From the NCBI GenBank assembly GCA_964598205.1, contig CAZRBB010000004.1, positions 71,156 through 135,155 on the forward strand: a DNA stretch of 64,000 bases. The letters are read 5' to 3'. This stretch comes from an uncultured Candidatus Saccharibacteria bacterium (lineage in GTDB: Bacteria; Patescibacteriota; Minisyncoccia; CAIUEV01; JAHKAQ01). The notes beneath the pieces were generated by a model, which made no database searches, was not told the origin of the DNA, and saw only the letters and a program-made list of their open reading frames with translations. Below are positions 39,188 through 49,641 of this stretch, one piece after another (the first letter of the stretch is position 1; every line of letters starts with the position of its first letter). Both the position numbers and the translations under genes were made by a program.

Positions 39188-41464
39188 ATGTTTAATCGTC
39201 TATTTTTTTTAGGAGGGCTCTTGGTTTTTTCTTGGTTAGCTTTTCCTAGGGGTTGCTGGGCTTCCGGAACTATTTCTGGTGAGGTTTTTTGGGAGGGGAA
39301 AAAAGAAATAAGTGAAGAAATTTTGATTCAAAAAAATTCCAAATTGATTATTAAAAAGGGGACTTTGGTGGAATTTAAGAAGGGAGGCAGTATTATGGCT
39401 CAAGGAGATTTGGTGGTAGAAGGAGAAGCCGAAAGCCCCGTTGTTTTTTTTAGAGAAAAAGGGATTCCTGGGGAAGCTCGTTGGAGTTACTATTTTTATA
39501 TTGATACTTCTTCTCATTCAGTGTTAAATTACGCACTAATTAGGGAGGCAGGTGGTTATTTTGAAGGTGGTTCTAAAATGCCTGGGTTTAGAATCAAAGG
39601 TAATTTAGAAATTTATAATAGTTTAATCACCGATAATACTTGGGCATTAGAAGTATGGGGTGCTGGTCGGTTAAAAATTCGGGATTGCGATATTTATGGC
39701 AACAAGGCTACTTGGGGAATAGAAATGTTTGGAACTGCCGGCTTGGCCGATGTTTCTGGAAATTATTGGGGTGAAGATTCCGGTCCTTTTCATTCAACCT
39801 TAAACAAGGAAGGCAAGGGAGAGACAGTTAAAGGTGTCGGCTTGAATTTTTCGCCGTGGACCAAAAGAGGTCGGCATCCCGTTATTTTAATTCCTGGCTT
39901 AGGAGAGGCTTTTAGTTTTCAGAAATTTTTTGGGGAAACTGTTACGGATGATTGGTTTTTGGCACCAACTGATTCCGGAACGGCTTTTTTAGGGGACTTG
40001 TTTTTGGCTTCTGGTTACCAAGAAAATACCGACCTGTTTATTTATTTTTATGATTGGAGGAAAAGTCCAAAAGAAAATTCAACTGCGGATTTGGTAAATT
40101 TTATTAAAGAAGTAAAAAATAAAAAGGGATTTAAAGAAGTTGACTTGGTAGCCTTTAGTTTTGGGGGATTGGTGGGGAGATATTATTTAGAAAGCGACGA
40201 ATTTGGTTTTGATGTTAATAATTTTATTGCGTTTGGAACTCCTCATCAGGGATCTTCCAAGATCTATCCCTTTTTAGAAGGAGGAATCTTGCCGGCTAAT
40301 TGGCCGCCTCTTATTTATGCGTATCTTTGGTGGAATAAAGAGTCTTCTGGTAAGGAATACTTAGAATATATTCAAAAAGAATTTACCTCTCTTCCTGCTA
40401 TTTTGCCAACAACACCTTTTTTGCTAGATCAAGCAGACAATCACTCAGTAGAAATTAGCACAATGCAGCTAAAGAATGATTTTTTGCCTCCATTAAACGC
40501 ACCAGCGGCGATCAGAGCGTTAAAGAATCGCGCTACTGTCCATTTCTTTGCGGGAGAGGGCATTTCTACTGTAGGTTCAATTCCGGTCAATAGAACTGAT
40601 TGTGGAGTGGGTGGTTTCTGGGCCGACGGCATACCCAATCCTTTTAAAATAGTCGCCTTGGCCAATGGGGACGGTACGGTTACCAAAGAAAGTGCTTCTT
40701 TGGAAGGAAGCGGTATTGGCAGGACTTTTTTGAATGCTCGGCATGTTAATTTGCCCCTAGTGGCAGGAGAAAGTTTGGAAAATATTTTAGAAATTTCTTT
40801 TGATGCCGAAAAAAAATCACAAGGAATAATTAAAAGTGTTTTAGAAAAAGAGGTTTTGGTTTTGGCGGTGGGTTCTCCGGTGGAAATAGAAATTAAAAAT
40901 TTGGAAGGGAAAGTTCTTAAAAAGACAGAGCAAAATTTTTTGGGAGAATTTTTTAGCCAAGAAGATCCCAGCGGTAAAAAAATAATTTTTATCCCTTCTC
41001 CGGATTCGGAATATATTATTAATTTAAAAGGAGTAGGGTCAGGTGATTATGCGGTCCTGGCTTTTAAATATAATACAGAGAAAGAAGATCCGGTGAGTGG
41101 ACTGGAATTAAAAGGAAACACCTTTTTAGGTAAAGAGGAACAATTTTTCCTAACAAAAGAAGATACTCCCGCCAGTAATTCATTGGCCTTAAAAATAAAA
41201 GCAGTTCCTGGTCCAGCCTATAAAGAACTAGTTCAAGCAATCAACGATCTTTACCTTGAAGGAGGGATAAAAAGTTGGAAGACAAGGCAAGAAGCCTTGA
41301 GATTACTTTTAAAAAGTTATAACTTTCTTTTAGAAGAAAAGAAGGAAGAAAAAGCGGTGGCGTTAAAAGAATTTTCCCAAAAGGTCGTTTTTTTAAAAGA
41401 AGAAAATTCAATTAGTACTGCCGGTGCGGATGCTTTAATTCTAAAAATTAATCGTTTGGAATAA
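39188..41464 (+). CDS. Secreted alpha/beta-hydrolase (lipase/esterase-like) with an N-terminal beta-helix-like domain
   Basis: 758 aa. Signal peptide. HPVILIPGLGE and nucleophile-elbow-like AFSFGG (GxSxG variant). Confidence 0.45.
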   Translation: MFNRLFFLGGLLVFSWLAFPRGCWASGTISGEVFWEGKKEISEEILIQKNSKLIIKKGTLVEFKKGGSIMAQGDLVVEGEAESPVVFFREKGIPGEARWSYYFYIDTSSHSVLNYALIREAGGYFEGGSKMPGFRIKGNLEIYNSLITDNTWALEVWGAGRLKIRDCDIYGNKATWGIEMFGTAGLADVSGNYWGEDSGPFHSTLNKEGKGETVKGVGLNFSPWTKRGRHPVILIPGLGEAFSFQKFFGETVTDDWFLAPTDSGTAFLGDLFLASGYQENTDLFIYFYDWRKSPKENSTADLVNFIKEVKNKKGFKEVDLVAFSFGGLVGRYYLESDEFGFDVNNFIAFGTPHQGSSKIYPFLEGGILPANWPPLIYAYLWWNKESSGKEYLEYIQKEFTSLPAILPTTPFLLDQADNHSVEISTMQLKNDFLPPLNAPAAIRALKNRATVHFFAGEGISTVGSIPVNRTDCGVGGFWADGIPNPFKIVALANGDGTVTKESASLEGSGIGRTFLNARHVNLPLVAGESLENILEISFDAEKKSQGIIKSVLEKEVLVLAVGSPVEIEIKNLEGKVLKKTEQNFLGEFFSQEDPSGKKIIFIPSPDSEYIINLKGVGSGDYAVLAFKYNTEKEDPVSGLELKGNTFLGKEEQFFLTKEDTPASNSLALKIKAVPGPAYKELVQAINDLYLEGGIKSWKTRQEALRLLLKSYNFLLEEKKEEKAVALKEFSQKVVFLKEENSISTAGADALILKINRLE

Positions 41465-41466
41465 AA

Positions 41467-42228
41467 ATGAAAACTGTTCTTTGCGGTGGCTGTTTCAACG
41501 AAATTCATTTGGGTCATGTCCACTTTCTAAAAGAATGCCGAAAAAAAGGAGACAAGCTAGTGGTTGTTTTGGCTAACGATTTTAATAATCAAAAAGAGCG
41601 GGCGCTTTTGGCAAAAGAAAGAAAAGAAAATTTACTGTCCTTGGGGTTAGTGGATACTGTTTTGGTCGGGACAAAGAGCAATCCAGAGCTAATAATTCAA
41701 AAAGTAAAACCGCAAATAATTTGCTTGGGCTATGATCAAAAACTTCCTTTTAATGGTAAAAATTTTCCGAATATTAAAGTAACAAGAATTTCCCAGCTAC
41801 CTTCTTATAAAAAAAGTTCTAATAAAGTAATTGGCCGAGTGTTTTCTGGGAAAAAAAGAGCTCAGAAATTTCTTAGCGAAAAAGAATATGCCAATCGTAT
41901 TCTAGCGGCGATTGGTTTTTTTGTTTTTCCAGGGACCCTTAATCTTGCTTTAGCACGGAATGGGGTAGATGATCTTTTGGTAGAAAAAAAGAAAAAAAAG
42001 ATTTTTAGTTTTTATAAAGACAAAGAAGAAAGAGGGGGATTAGTTTTGTATCCGGTGATGATTCGCTTTTTTCCTTTAGTTCCTTTAAAAACAAAAGAAA
42101 AAAAGGTTTGGGTAGTTTTTCCGGAAAAAACAGGTTACAATAAAACGGTATCGGAAGTAGTGAGTAAAATTAATTTAAGGGAGTTGTTAAATTTATTAGA
42201 CGGTGATTTGGCGGAGATCGTTTTTTAA
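41467..42228 (+). CDS. Archaeal-type bifunctional FAD-synthesis protein: RibL-like nucleotidyltransferase fused to CTP-dependent riboflavin kinase (RibK)
   Basis: N-terminal CGGCFNEIHLGHVHFL (HxGH cytidylyltransferase-superfamily motif). C-terminal PGTLNLAL motif characteristic of CTP-dependent RFKase (MJ0056-type). Confidence 0.5.
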   Translation: MKTVLCGGCFNEIHLGHVHFLKECRKKGDKLVVVLANDFNNQKERALLAKERKENLLSLGLVDTVLVGTKSNPELIIQKVKPQIICLGYDQKLPFNGKNFPNIKVTRISQLPSYKKSSNKVIGRVFSGKKRAQKFLSEKEYANRILAAIGFFVFPGTLNLALARNGVDDLLVEKKKKKIFSFYKDKEERGGLVLYPVMIRFFPLVPLKTKEKKVWVVFPEKTGYNKTVSEVVSKINLRELLNLLDGDLAEIVF

Positions 42229-42239
42229 TATTTTTTCCT

Positions 42240-44423
42240 ATGAAGCTTAAAAAAGCTTTCCTTTTTCTTTTGTTTTTTGCCGTTGTCCTTACTTTTCCTC
42301 TTTTATTTTCCTTGTTTTCTAAAATTCCAGGGGAATACGCTGACACTTATCAGGTTTGGGGAAAGACTTTGGAGTTTCGTAATCTAATTAAAGATCAGGG
42401 AATAGGAGGGACTATTTCTTGGCAGTTTAAGCATCTTCGCTTTACTCCAGTAGAAGCTATTGGCTGGTTTCAATGGGCGTTAACGCCATTTTTTGGTTAT
42501 AATTTAGTTTGGCTTTTTTCTTTTGTAGCGGCTGCCTGGGGGATGTTTCTTTTGGTGCGCTATTTAACTGGTAATGCATATTCGGGAATCATTGCAGCAA
42601 TTATTTTTGCTTTTTCCCCGTTTCATTTTTCCCAAGCTGTTTCCACCAATATTGGAACAATGCATTTGGAATGGATTCCATTTTTTGTTCTTTTCTTGAT
42701 TAAATTTTTAAGGCAACTTAGGATTAAGGATTTTTTACTGACTTCTCTTTTCTTGGTGCTAATCGCTTTTGCCGAACATCAGCTCTTGGCTTTTACCTTG
42801 GTCTTTACTATTTTGTTGGTGGTTTTTTTCTTAATCAAGAATCACCAAAAATTAAAAGAAGTCCGTTTCTGGGGATTTTTAGGAGGCGGGGCCTTGATTC
42901 TTTTTTTGGCAGTGAAACTTATTTTTGGTGGCTTACTAACGGTTACCGAATCGAGTGATAATTATTTGGATCCTGGTTCTGATCAGGTACGGCGCTATTC
43001 TTCGGATGCGATTGATTTCTTTTTGCCGTCTAGAGCGCATCCTTTTTGGGGCGAAAAGTTTAATTATTTAAGAAAAGACACCGAGGCCAATAGTCTTGGC
43101 AGGCAGTCGGTTTATATTGGTTATGCGGTTCTTTTTTTGGCTCTGGTTTCTGTTTTGGGAGGAAAAAAGAGATTGGCAATAAGACTATTCTTCTTTTTTT
43201 CGGGAATATTTTTTTCCGTACTGGCTCTTGGTCCTTTGTTCCATTGGCAGGGAGCAATTTATAAAGATTTTAAACTTCCCTATGCTTTTCTTTATGACCA
43301 TTTACCTTACTGGTACATTATCCGAACGGTCAATCGAATCTTTGTAATAGCTATTTTTAGTTTTGCTGTTTCGGCTGGTTTTGGTTTGAGTTTTATTTTA
43401 AACAAACTGGTTAACAAAAAAGAAGAATCCCAAAAAGATTTAGGAGAAGGCTTAGATAGAAGTATCCCCCCATCTTCTTTTAAGAAAAAAAGGCTGATCT
43501 TTTTATTATTTTTAGGTCTGGTTGTATTAGAATACTTGTTTGCTCCATTGCCAATGCTTTCTTTGGCGCACAGTTCTTTTTATGAACAAATGGCCAAAGA
43601 AAAAGAAGCGTATTCTGTCCTAGATATTCCTGGAGCCACTAGCTACGATTATGGTTCTAGACTAATGTTCTATAATCAAATTCACCGAAAGAACAATTTG
43701 GCCCAAATGGATTTTGCCAGGGAAATAGAGGACCATTGGGATTTTCAAAAAAATACGCCGATAATCAATGATCTTTTATATAGTCTACCTACTGGTGGCA
43801 CGCCTCCTACCAAAGAAGTCATTAACGACGACTATTACAGCTTGGCCACCAAGATCCTAAACCATCACAACATAAAGTATTTAATAGTTTCCAAGGGTTA
43901 TTTGTCGGACGATAAAAAATTCGATGGTCAGGCCTTTGAAAACACGATTGATTTTATAGAAGGTCAAATCAGTACAGAGAAAGTTTACGAAGACGAGTTT
44001 TTGGTGGCGTATCGAGTGGAAAAGAGCGAGCACCTTGACGGTTGGTTTTTGGCGCTTTCCTTAAAGGGCGATAAATGGGGGAAAAAAGAAGGAATCAAAG
44101 GTTCTACTGCTCGTTGGGCTAGTGACGGAGCAGAAATGCGTTTAGTAAACATGGACAGTGTTAAAAAAGATATTCGACTTTCTTTTACATTGAATGTGAA
44201 AAATCTAAACAAAGTAGAGATTTATCTTAATGGGGTACTTCAAGCCGATTTTTCTATTAAGGAAGAAAAGGAAAATCGAGTCATTTCTTTAAAAGAGGTT
44301 TTGCCGGGAGAGAATATAATTTTATTTAGAATTTTTGACATGGAAGGAAATCCCATGAAGGACCTAGAGTTTAAAAAGGGGGTTAAATTTTCTAACTTTA
44401 GAACGCTAACGCCTATTAGGTAA
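42240..44423 (+). CDS. Integral membrane protein, GT-C-type glycosyltransferase-like (YfhO/PMT-like), with a C-terminal extracytoplasmic domain
   Basis: 727 aa. About 12 TM segments in the N-terminal half, then a soluble domain. Confidence 0.4.
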   Translation: MKLKKAFLFLLFFAVVLTFPLLFSLFSKIPGEYADTYQVWGKTLEFRNLIKDQGIGGTISWQFKHLRFTPVEAIGWFQWALTPFFGYNLVWLFSFVAAAWGMFLLVRYLTGNAYSGIIAAIIFAFSPFHFSQAVSTNIGTMHLEWIPFFVLFLIKFLRQLRIKDFLLTSLFLVLIAFAEHQLLAFTLVFTILLVVFFLIKNHQKLKEVRFWGFLGGGALILFLAVKLIFGGLLTVTESSDNYLDPGSDQVRRYSSDAIDFFLPSRAHPFWGEKFNYLRKDTEANSLGRQSVYIGYAVLFLALVSVLGGKKRLAIRLFFFFSGIFFSVLALGPLFHWQGAIYKDFKLPYAFLYDHLPYWYIIRTVNRIFVIAIFSFAVSAGFGLSFILNKLVNKKEESQKDLGEGLDRSIPPSSFKKKRLIFLLFLGLVVLEYLFAPLPMLSLAHSSFYEQMAKEKEAYSVLDIPGATSYDYGSRLMFYNQIHRKNNLAQMDFAREIEDHWDFQKNTPIINDLLYSLPTGGTPPTKEVINDDYYSLATKILNHHNIKYLIVSKGYLSDDKKFDGQAFENTIDFIEGQISTEKVYEDEFLVAYRVEKSEHLDGWFLALSLKGDKWGKKEGIKGSTARWASDGAEMRLVNMDSVKKDIRLSFTLNVKNLNKVEIYLNGVLQADFSIKEEKENRVISLKEVLPGENIILFRIFDMEGNPMKDLEFKKGVKFSNFRTLTPIR

Positions 44424-44424
44424 A

Positions 44425-46269
44425 TTGAAGATGAATTTTTTTAACAAGAAGAATTTGGGAAAGTTGGCACCACTCTTTTTGATTATTATTTTAGGAGTTT
44501 TTTTAAGGCTGTATCGTCACGCTGATTTTCTTCATTTTGAGTTGGATCAGGCGCGGGACTCTATAATTATAAGCGATGCTTATTTGCATGGTCCCGGAGA
44601 GTTACCGCTTTTAGGTCCACGGGCGGCAGGAACTATGCTCCGATTGGGACCTTTATTTTATTACTTGGAATATTTAAGCTCTCTTTTGTTTGGCAATTCT
44701 CCTTCGGGAATGGACGGCATCTTTGTTTTATTTTCTATTTTAGCTATTCCGGCCTGCTATCTTTTTTTGGGGAACTATTTTTCTTCTCGGATTTCTCTTT
44801 TTACTACTGCAATATTTTCGGTTTCTCTTTTTTTAGTAACCTACGGAAAATTTGCTTGGAATCCGAATTCTCTTGCCTTGTTTGGTTTTATTTTTTTAGG
44901 TGGTTTATTGCTTTCTTTTAAAAAAACAAAATCACCTACTTATCTTTATCTTCTTGCTTTAGGGTTTAGTTTTGGAATTCAACTTCATTTTTTAGTTTTC
45001 TTGGCTTATCCAGCGGTGGTTTTTTTGTTTCTTCTTTGGAAATTTTTTAGTCAGAGAAGTAAAGCCAAAGAGGTGTTTAAAAAATTTGTTACCAATAAGC
45101 ATTTTTGGGGGGCTTTGGCGCTAGTGGTTTTTTTGAACTTTCCGGTAATAATCAACGAGTTTTTAACTGGTGGTGCTAATTTAAAAGAATTGGTAAGCGC
45201 TGTTGGAGAGAAAACTTCTAGAGGAGAGGATCGTGGTTTTGGAGAAAAATTGGTTCGTAATTTACAGGAATATGCTAACGGTTACTTGTTGATTATTAGT
45301 GGCTCAGAAAAAATGCGGTCGGTGGGAATTGAATTTTTTCCTACTGGTTCTTCTAAAATAATGAAGTCTACCTGCAAAGAAGATTGTCGATTGGGCTTAC
45401 CTTACTTATTTTTTGGGTTGATTTTCTTTTTAGGTGGGATTTGGCTTCTTTTTAGTGAATTTATTTCTCTTTTAAAATCTAAGGACCAGAAAGATTTTTT
45501 TAGGAAAGATTTCTTAATTTTGAATTTCATTCTTTTATTTGTTCTCTTCTTTGGATTTTTGTCGGCGGCTTTTAATTTTCCGCCACGGTTTCTTTTGGCT
45601 AGCTTACCTACTGTTTTTGTTTTTTTGGCTCTTTGGTTTAAGTTTTTAGCCAAAGCTGGAGAAAAATTGGCTGGTTTTGATTTTTTTAAAAAAATCAAAA
45701 CGATTTTAGTCTTTTTATTGCCGTTCCTTTTGGTGAGCCTTCTTTTCTTAACGAACATTTATTTTAATATTCAAAGATTAAAAGAGCAGGCCAGTGCGCA
45801 TACCAAAAACTCGCCACCATTAGAACGAGACCTAGTTTTAAAAGAAGATTTTCGGTTTACTTTTTTGCAACAAAGATTAATTACTGATTGGATAGTGTCC
45901 CAATCCTCTTACAAAACAGTATTTGTTTCTGCTCCTTCTAAATATTACCGCTCATTGACCTATCTTCTAACATATCAAAAAGAGAAAGATGGACGATCGT
46001 TGGGGTCCAAGCCTCCTTGTTTAGAAGCGGATTTTTTTGTGGTGATGGCGTTGTCTAATTCTTCCTTAGATTTTTTAAAAAAAGGCGAGGACTCTTTTAT
46101 TGTCTCTCAAGAAAAGCAGTTTGGTACTTTTATGGTTTATAAGTTGGCAATAAAAAATCCTAAATTAATAAAGAAAACTCAGTGTGTTTTTAAAAAAGAA
46201 GCCCCAGATTCCAAGGCCGTTCGCTATTTGTGGAAAGAGGTAATTCCTGAATCAAAGAAGAGATTTTAG
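44425..46269 (+). CDS. ArnT/PMT-family (GT39/GT83-like) membrane glycosyltransferase
   Basis: 614 aa, polytopic. First-loop acidic motif (FELDQARD). Adjacent to another GT-C-like gene. Confidence 0.45.
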   Translation: MKMNFFNKKNLGKLAPLFLIIILGVFLRLYRHADFLHFELDQARDSIIISDAYLHGPGELPLLGPRAAGTMLRLGPLFYYLEYLSSLLFGNSPSGMDGIFVLFSILAIPACYLFLGNYFSSRISLFTTAIFSVSLFLVTYGKFAWNPNSLALFGFIFLGGLLLSFKKTKSPTYLYLLALGFSFGIQLHFLVFLAYPAVVFLFLLWKFFSQRSKAKEVFKKFVTNKHFWGALALVVFLNFPVIINEFLTGGANLKELVSAVGEKTSRGEDRGFGEKLVRNLQEYANGYLLIISGSEKMRSVGIEFFPTGSSKIMKSTCKEDCRLGLPYLFFGLIFFLGGIWLLFSEFISLLKSKDQKDFFRKDFLILNFILLFVLFFGFLSAAFNFPPRFLLASLPTVFVFLALWFKFLAKAGEKLAGFDFFKKIKTILVFLLPFLLVSLLFLTNIYFNIQRLKEQASAHTKNSPPLERDLVLKEDFRFTFLQQRLITDWIVSQSSYKTVFVSAPSKYYRSLTYLLTYQKEKDGRSLGSKPPCLEADFFVVMALSNSSLDFLKKGEDSFIVSQEKQFGTFMVYKLAIKNPKLIKKTQCVFKKEAPDSKAVRYLWKEVIPESKKRF

Positions 46270-46394
46270 TTTTGCCTGTTTCTCTTTTTTCTTGTAGCTT
46301 AAAGAGGTGCTTCTCTGTTGCTTGCTTGCTCGGTTTTGCTTTGAACTGTCCTTTGGCATATAAGTAAGATTGATAAATTTTTAATTAAAAAAAA

Positions 46395-47333
46395 ATGAAG
46401 GCTAAACAAATTTTTGACTTGGCAATTAAGGAAGGAGTTAAAAATGATTTTCGAGATCAAGAAACAATTAATGAACATCTTAAAAAAGCTAAGGAACAAT
46501 TTGGTAAGTTGTCGGCTAAAAGAAAATCTTTTTTTGATCAAGAGAGAATCATCAATCCTTATTCAGACACGCGGATTCATTTTGATTCCGGCAAAAAAGA
46601 AATTAAAAAAGTTTTGGTGGGAATAGACATTACTACCGGTGAAATTCTAATGGCTAAGGAACTGGGAGTGGACTTGGTGATTGGGCATCATCCTTCCGGA
46701 AGTGCACTACAGGGATTAGACGACGCAATGAAGTTGCAAGCCGATGTTTTAGAAATCTATGGAATACCGATTAATGTGGCAGAAGGTTGTTTAAGAAAAA
46801 GAATTTCGGAAGTGGCTCGGGGAATTCACGCTTCTAATTCTTTTATTACCGTAGATGCTGCCAAGAACATGGGAATGAGTTTTATGAACATTCACACACC
46901 AGCGGACAACGCTGTTTCCATGTTTGTTAAAAAAGAAATAGAAAAGAAAGAGCCACGATTCGTTTCGGAAATTTTAGATTTACTTTACGAAATTCCGGAA
47001 TACCAAGAGGCTACTCGTCGGGGATCGGCTCCCACTCTTTATGCTGGATCGCCAGAAAATCGCGCCGGCAAGATTGCGGTTACAGAAATGACCGGTGGCA
47101 CCGAAGGTGCTCCAGAAATTTACCAAAAAATGGCAGCAGCTGGGATCGGTACGGTAATTGCTATGCATCAATCAGAAAAGCATCGAACGGCCGCAGAGAA
47201 GGCACATATTAATGTAGTGGTGGCTCCGCATATTGCTTCTGATTCTTTAGGAATGAATTTGGTTTTGTCTAATATTTTAGAAAAGGGAATTAAGATTATT
47301 CCTGCAGGGGGATTTATTTGGGTAAAAAGATAA
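46395..47333 (+). CDS. NIF3/YqfO-family (DUF34) dinuclear metal-centre protein
   Basis: GVDLVIGHHPSGSA and C-terminal ...VVVAPHIASDSLG pattern. Confidence 0.4.
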   Translation: MKAKQIFDLAIKEGVKNDFRDQETINEHLKKAKEQFGKLSAKRKSFFDQERIINPYSDTRIHFDSGKKEIKKVLVGIDITTGEILMAKELGVDLVIGHHPSGSALQGLDDAMKLQADVLEIYGIPINVAEGCLRKRISEVARGIHASNSFITVDAAKNMGMSFMNIHTPADNAVSMFVKKEIEKKEPRFVSEILDLLYEIPEYQEATRRGSAPTLYAGSPENRAGKIAVTEMTGGTEGAPEIYQKMAAAGIGTVIAMHQSEKHRTAAEKAHINVVVAPHIASDSLGMNLVLSNILEKGIKIIPAGGFIWVKR

Positions 47334-47336
47334 TCA

Positions 47337-48605
47337 ATGCACCAAAAGAAAAAATTAAGTTCAGGCGCTGTTCTTTTGCTTTTGCCGGTAGCTGGCATTA
47401 AGACAACAACTGTAATGGCTCTTTTTGGCGCCGGTTCAAGAGAAGAAAAAAAAGAAAATCAAGGCGTGGCTCATTTTTTAGAGCACATGCTTTTTAAAGG
47501 AACCTCCAAGAGACCAACATACAAAGAGGTTTCCGAAGAATTAGATAAAATCGGAGGAATTTGTAACGCTTTTACCAGTAAGGAATATTCTGGGTATTAT
47601 GCCAAAACGGCTTGTCTTCATTTTGACTTAGCTTTGGACTGGCTTTCCGATATTATTGGTGATTCTTTTCTGGCAGCAGAAGAAATAGAAAAAGAAAAGG
47701 GTGTAATTGTTGAAGAATTGAATCTAGGAGAAGATACGCCTACTCAAAATATTCACGATGTTTTTGAGGCCTTGATTTTTAATGGCGGGTCTTTGGCTAA
47801 AGAAATAATTGGAACTAAGGAAACTATTAGAAAGATGAATCGCCAAAAACTTTTTTCTTTTAGGGAAAAAAACTATCAGGCAAAGAATTGTGTAATTTGT
47901 GTTGCCGGAAAGATTCCTGCTGGTGTAGTTTCTAAGGTAGACCAAGCTTTTTCTTTTTTAAAAAAGAAAAAATCAATCATTCGACCATTAGAAAAAGAAG
48001 ATCAAAAAGAACCAAGACTGATTATTAAGAATAAAAAAACCGATCAAGCTCATCTTGTGGTGGGCTTTAGAACTTCTGGATTAAAAACTAAGGAGCGCTA
48101 CGCACTATGCCTAGCAGAAACTGTTTTAGGAGAGGGAATGAGCTCGCGGCTTTTTGAAGAAGTAAGAGAAAAGCGGGGGCTGGCTTATTATATTGGTGCT
48201 GCTTCGGAAAACTATACAGATGCTGGTTATATAGGAGCAATGGCAGGGGTGGAAAATAAAAAACTAGAAGAAGCGTTAAGAGTAATTTTGGCTGAATTTA
48301 AAAAGCTAAAAGAAACTTTAATTCCAAACGAAGAATTAAAGAAAGCTAAAGAATGTACTAAAGGACACAGTCTAATTTCCTTGGAATCTTCTAATTCTCG
48401 GGCTTTTTATTTCGGTATTTCTCAAATTCTTTTGGGAAAAGTGGAAACACTAGAAGAAAGATTCCGACTTTACAATAAAGTTACTCCCCAAGAAATAAAA
48501 GCGGCGGCACGGAAGTTCTTTACTCCTAATCGACTTAATTTTGCGCTAATTAGTCCTATGGCTAGTCGATCAAGGTTAGAAAAAATTATAAAAGAATTTA
48601 ACTAA
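47337..48605 (+). CDS. M16-family zinc peptidase (pitrilysin/insulinase-like)
   Basis: Inverted zinc motif HFLEHM (HxxEH). Confidence 0.8.
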   Translation: MHQKKKLSSGAVLLLLPVAGIKTTTVMALFGAGSREEKKENQGVAHFLEHMLFKGTSKRPTYKEVSEELDKIGGICNAFTSKEYSGYYAKTACLHFDLALDWLSDIIGDSFLAAEEIEKEKGVIVEELNLGEDTPTQNIHDVFEALIFNGGSLAKEIIGTKETIRKMNRQKLFSFREKNYQAKNCVICVAGKIPAGVVSKVDQAFSFLKKKKSIIRPLEKEDQKEPRLIIKNKKTDQAHLVVGFRTSGLKTKERYALCLAETVLGEGMSSRLFEEVREKRGLAYYIGAASENYTDAGYIGAMAGVENKKLEEALRVILAEFKKLKETLIPNEELKKAKECTKGHSLISLESSNSRAFYFGISQILLGKVETLEERFRLYNKVTPQEIKAAARKFFTPNRLNFALISPMASRSRLEKIIKEFN

Positions 48606-48609
48606 AAAA

Positions 48610-49641
48610 ATGCGGCGCGAAGCGGTTAATATTTCTACCAGCACAATTGTTAGAATGATTCTGATTATTTTGGCTTTTCTTTTTATTTATTACATTATAG
48701 ATATTCTTTTTTTGGTTTTTATTGCTTTTGTGATTGTTTCGGCAGTAGCTCCATTGGTAGACAGATTAGAAAAATTTAAAATTCCACGATTTTTGGCAGC
48801 GGCTTTAATTTTTGTTTCTTTCTTTTTCTTGTTTGGATTTTTTCTTTCTTTAATTATTCCTCCGGTAGCCAGAGAAGCTGGACAGCTTTTAGAGCAACTA
48901 CCTAGTTATTGGGGAAAACTTTCTCGGAGTAGCTGGGGAAGCGTTTGGCTGGGCGGAGGGCCTGGAGAAAGTAATCCTTTTGGAAATTTAAAACAGTTTT
49001 TGGGTAGTAATTTTTCGGGTGTCTTTTTTTCCAAAGCGGGATCTTTTGTGATTCGAGTGGTTTATTCGGCGGTGGTTTTTTCTTTGGCTTTTTATATGAC
49101 TATTCAAAAAAACGCTATCAAGAAACTAATAGAGACAATGGCTCCAAAAGAGTATCACGAATATATCAATTCTCTTTTAATACGAATTCAAGAAAAAATG
49201 GGGCGTTGGCTTTCTGGGCAAATTCTTTTGAATTTCTTGATTGGCGGATTGGTTTATTTGGCTCTTTCTTTGCTTCATATTCCTTATGCTCCGGTTTTGG
49301 CTTTGGCGGCTGGGCTTTTGGAATTTATTCCTAATATTGGCCCCACTCTGTCTACGGTATTTGCCTCTCTAGTTGCTCTAACGGTTAGTCCGGTAATGGC
49401 CGTTCTGACGATTTTAGCGTTTGTAGCAATTCAACAGTTAGAAAATCATTTAATTGTTCCTTTGGTAATGAAAAAAGCGGTAGGGTTGAATCCAGTAGTA
49501 ATTATTCTTTCCCTGTTAATCGGTGTTCGCTTAGGTGGTCCTTTGGGGGCGATTATGGCTGTTCCTTTTGCCACGGCGCTTTCTGTTTTCTTGGGAGACC
49601 TTTTTTCCGAAGATAAAACGAATAAAAAAGAAAAAGAATGA
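48610..49641 (+). CDS. AI-2E family transporter (PerM/YhhT-like, UPF0118)
   Basis: 343 aa, about 8 TM; typical family topology. Confidence 0.5.
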   Translation: MRREAVNISTSTIVRMILIILAFLFIYYIIDILFLVFIAFVIVSAVAPLVDRLEKFKIPRFLAAALIFVSFFFLFGFFLSLIIPPVAREAGQLLEQLPSYWGKLSRSSWGSVWLGGGPGESNPFGNLKQFLGSNFSGVFFSKAGSFVIRVVYSAVVFSLAFYMTIQKNAIKKLIETMAPKEYHEYINSLLIRIQEKMGRWLSGQILLNFLIGGLVYLALSLLHIPYAPVLALAAGLLEFIPNIGPTLSTVFASLVALTVSPVMAVLTILAFVAIQQLENHLIVPLVMKKAVGLNPVVIILSLLIGVRLGGPLGAIMAVPFATALSVFLGDLFSEDKTNKKEKE

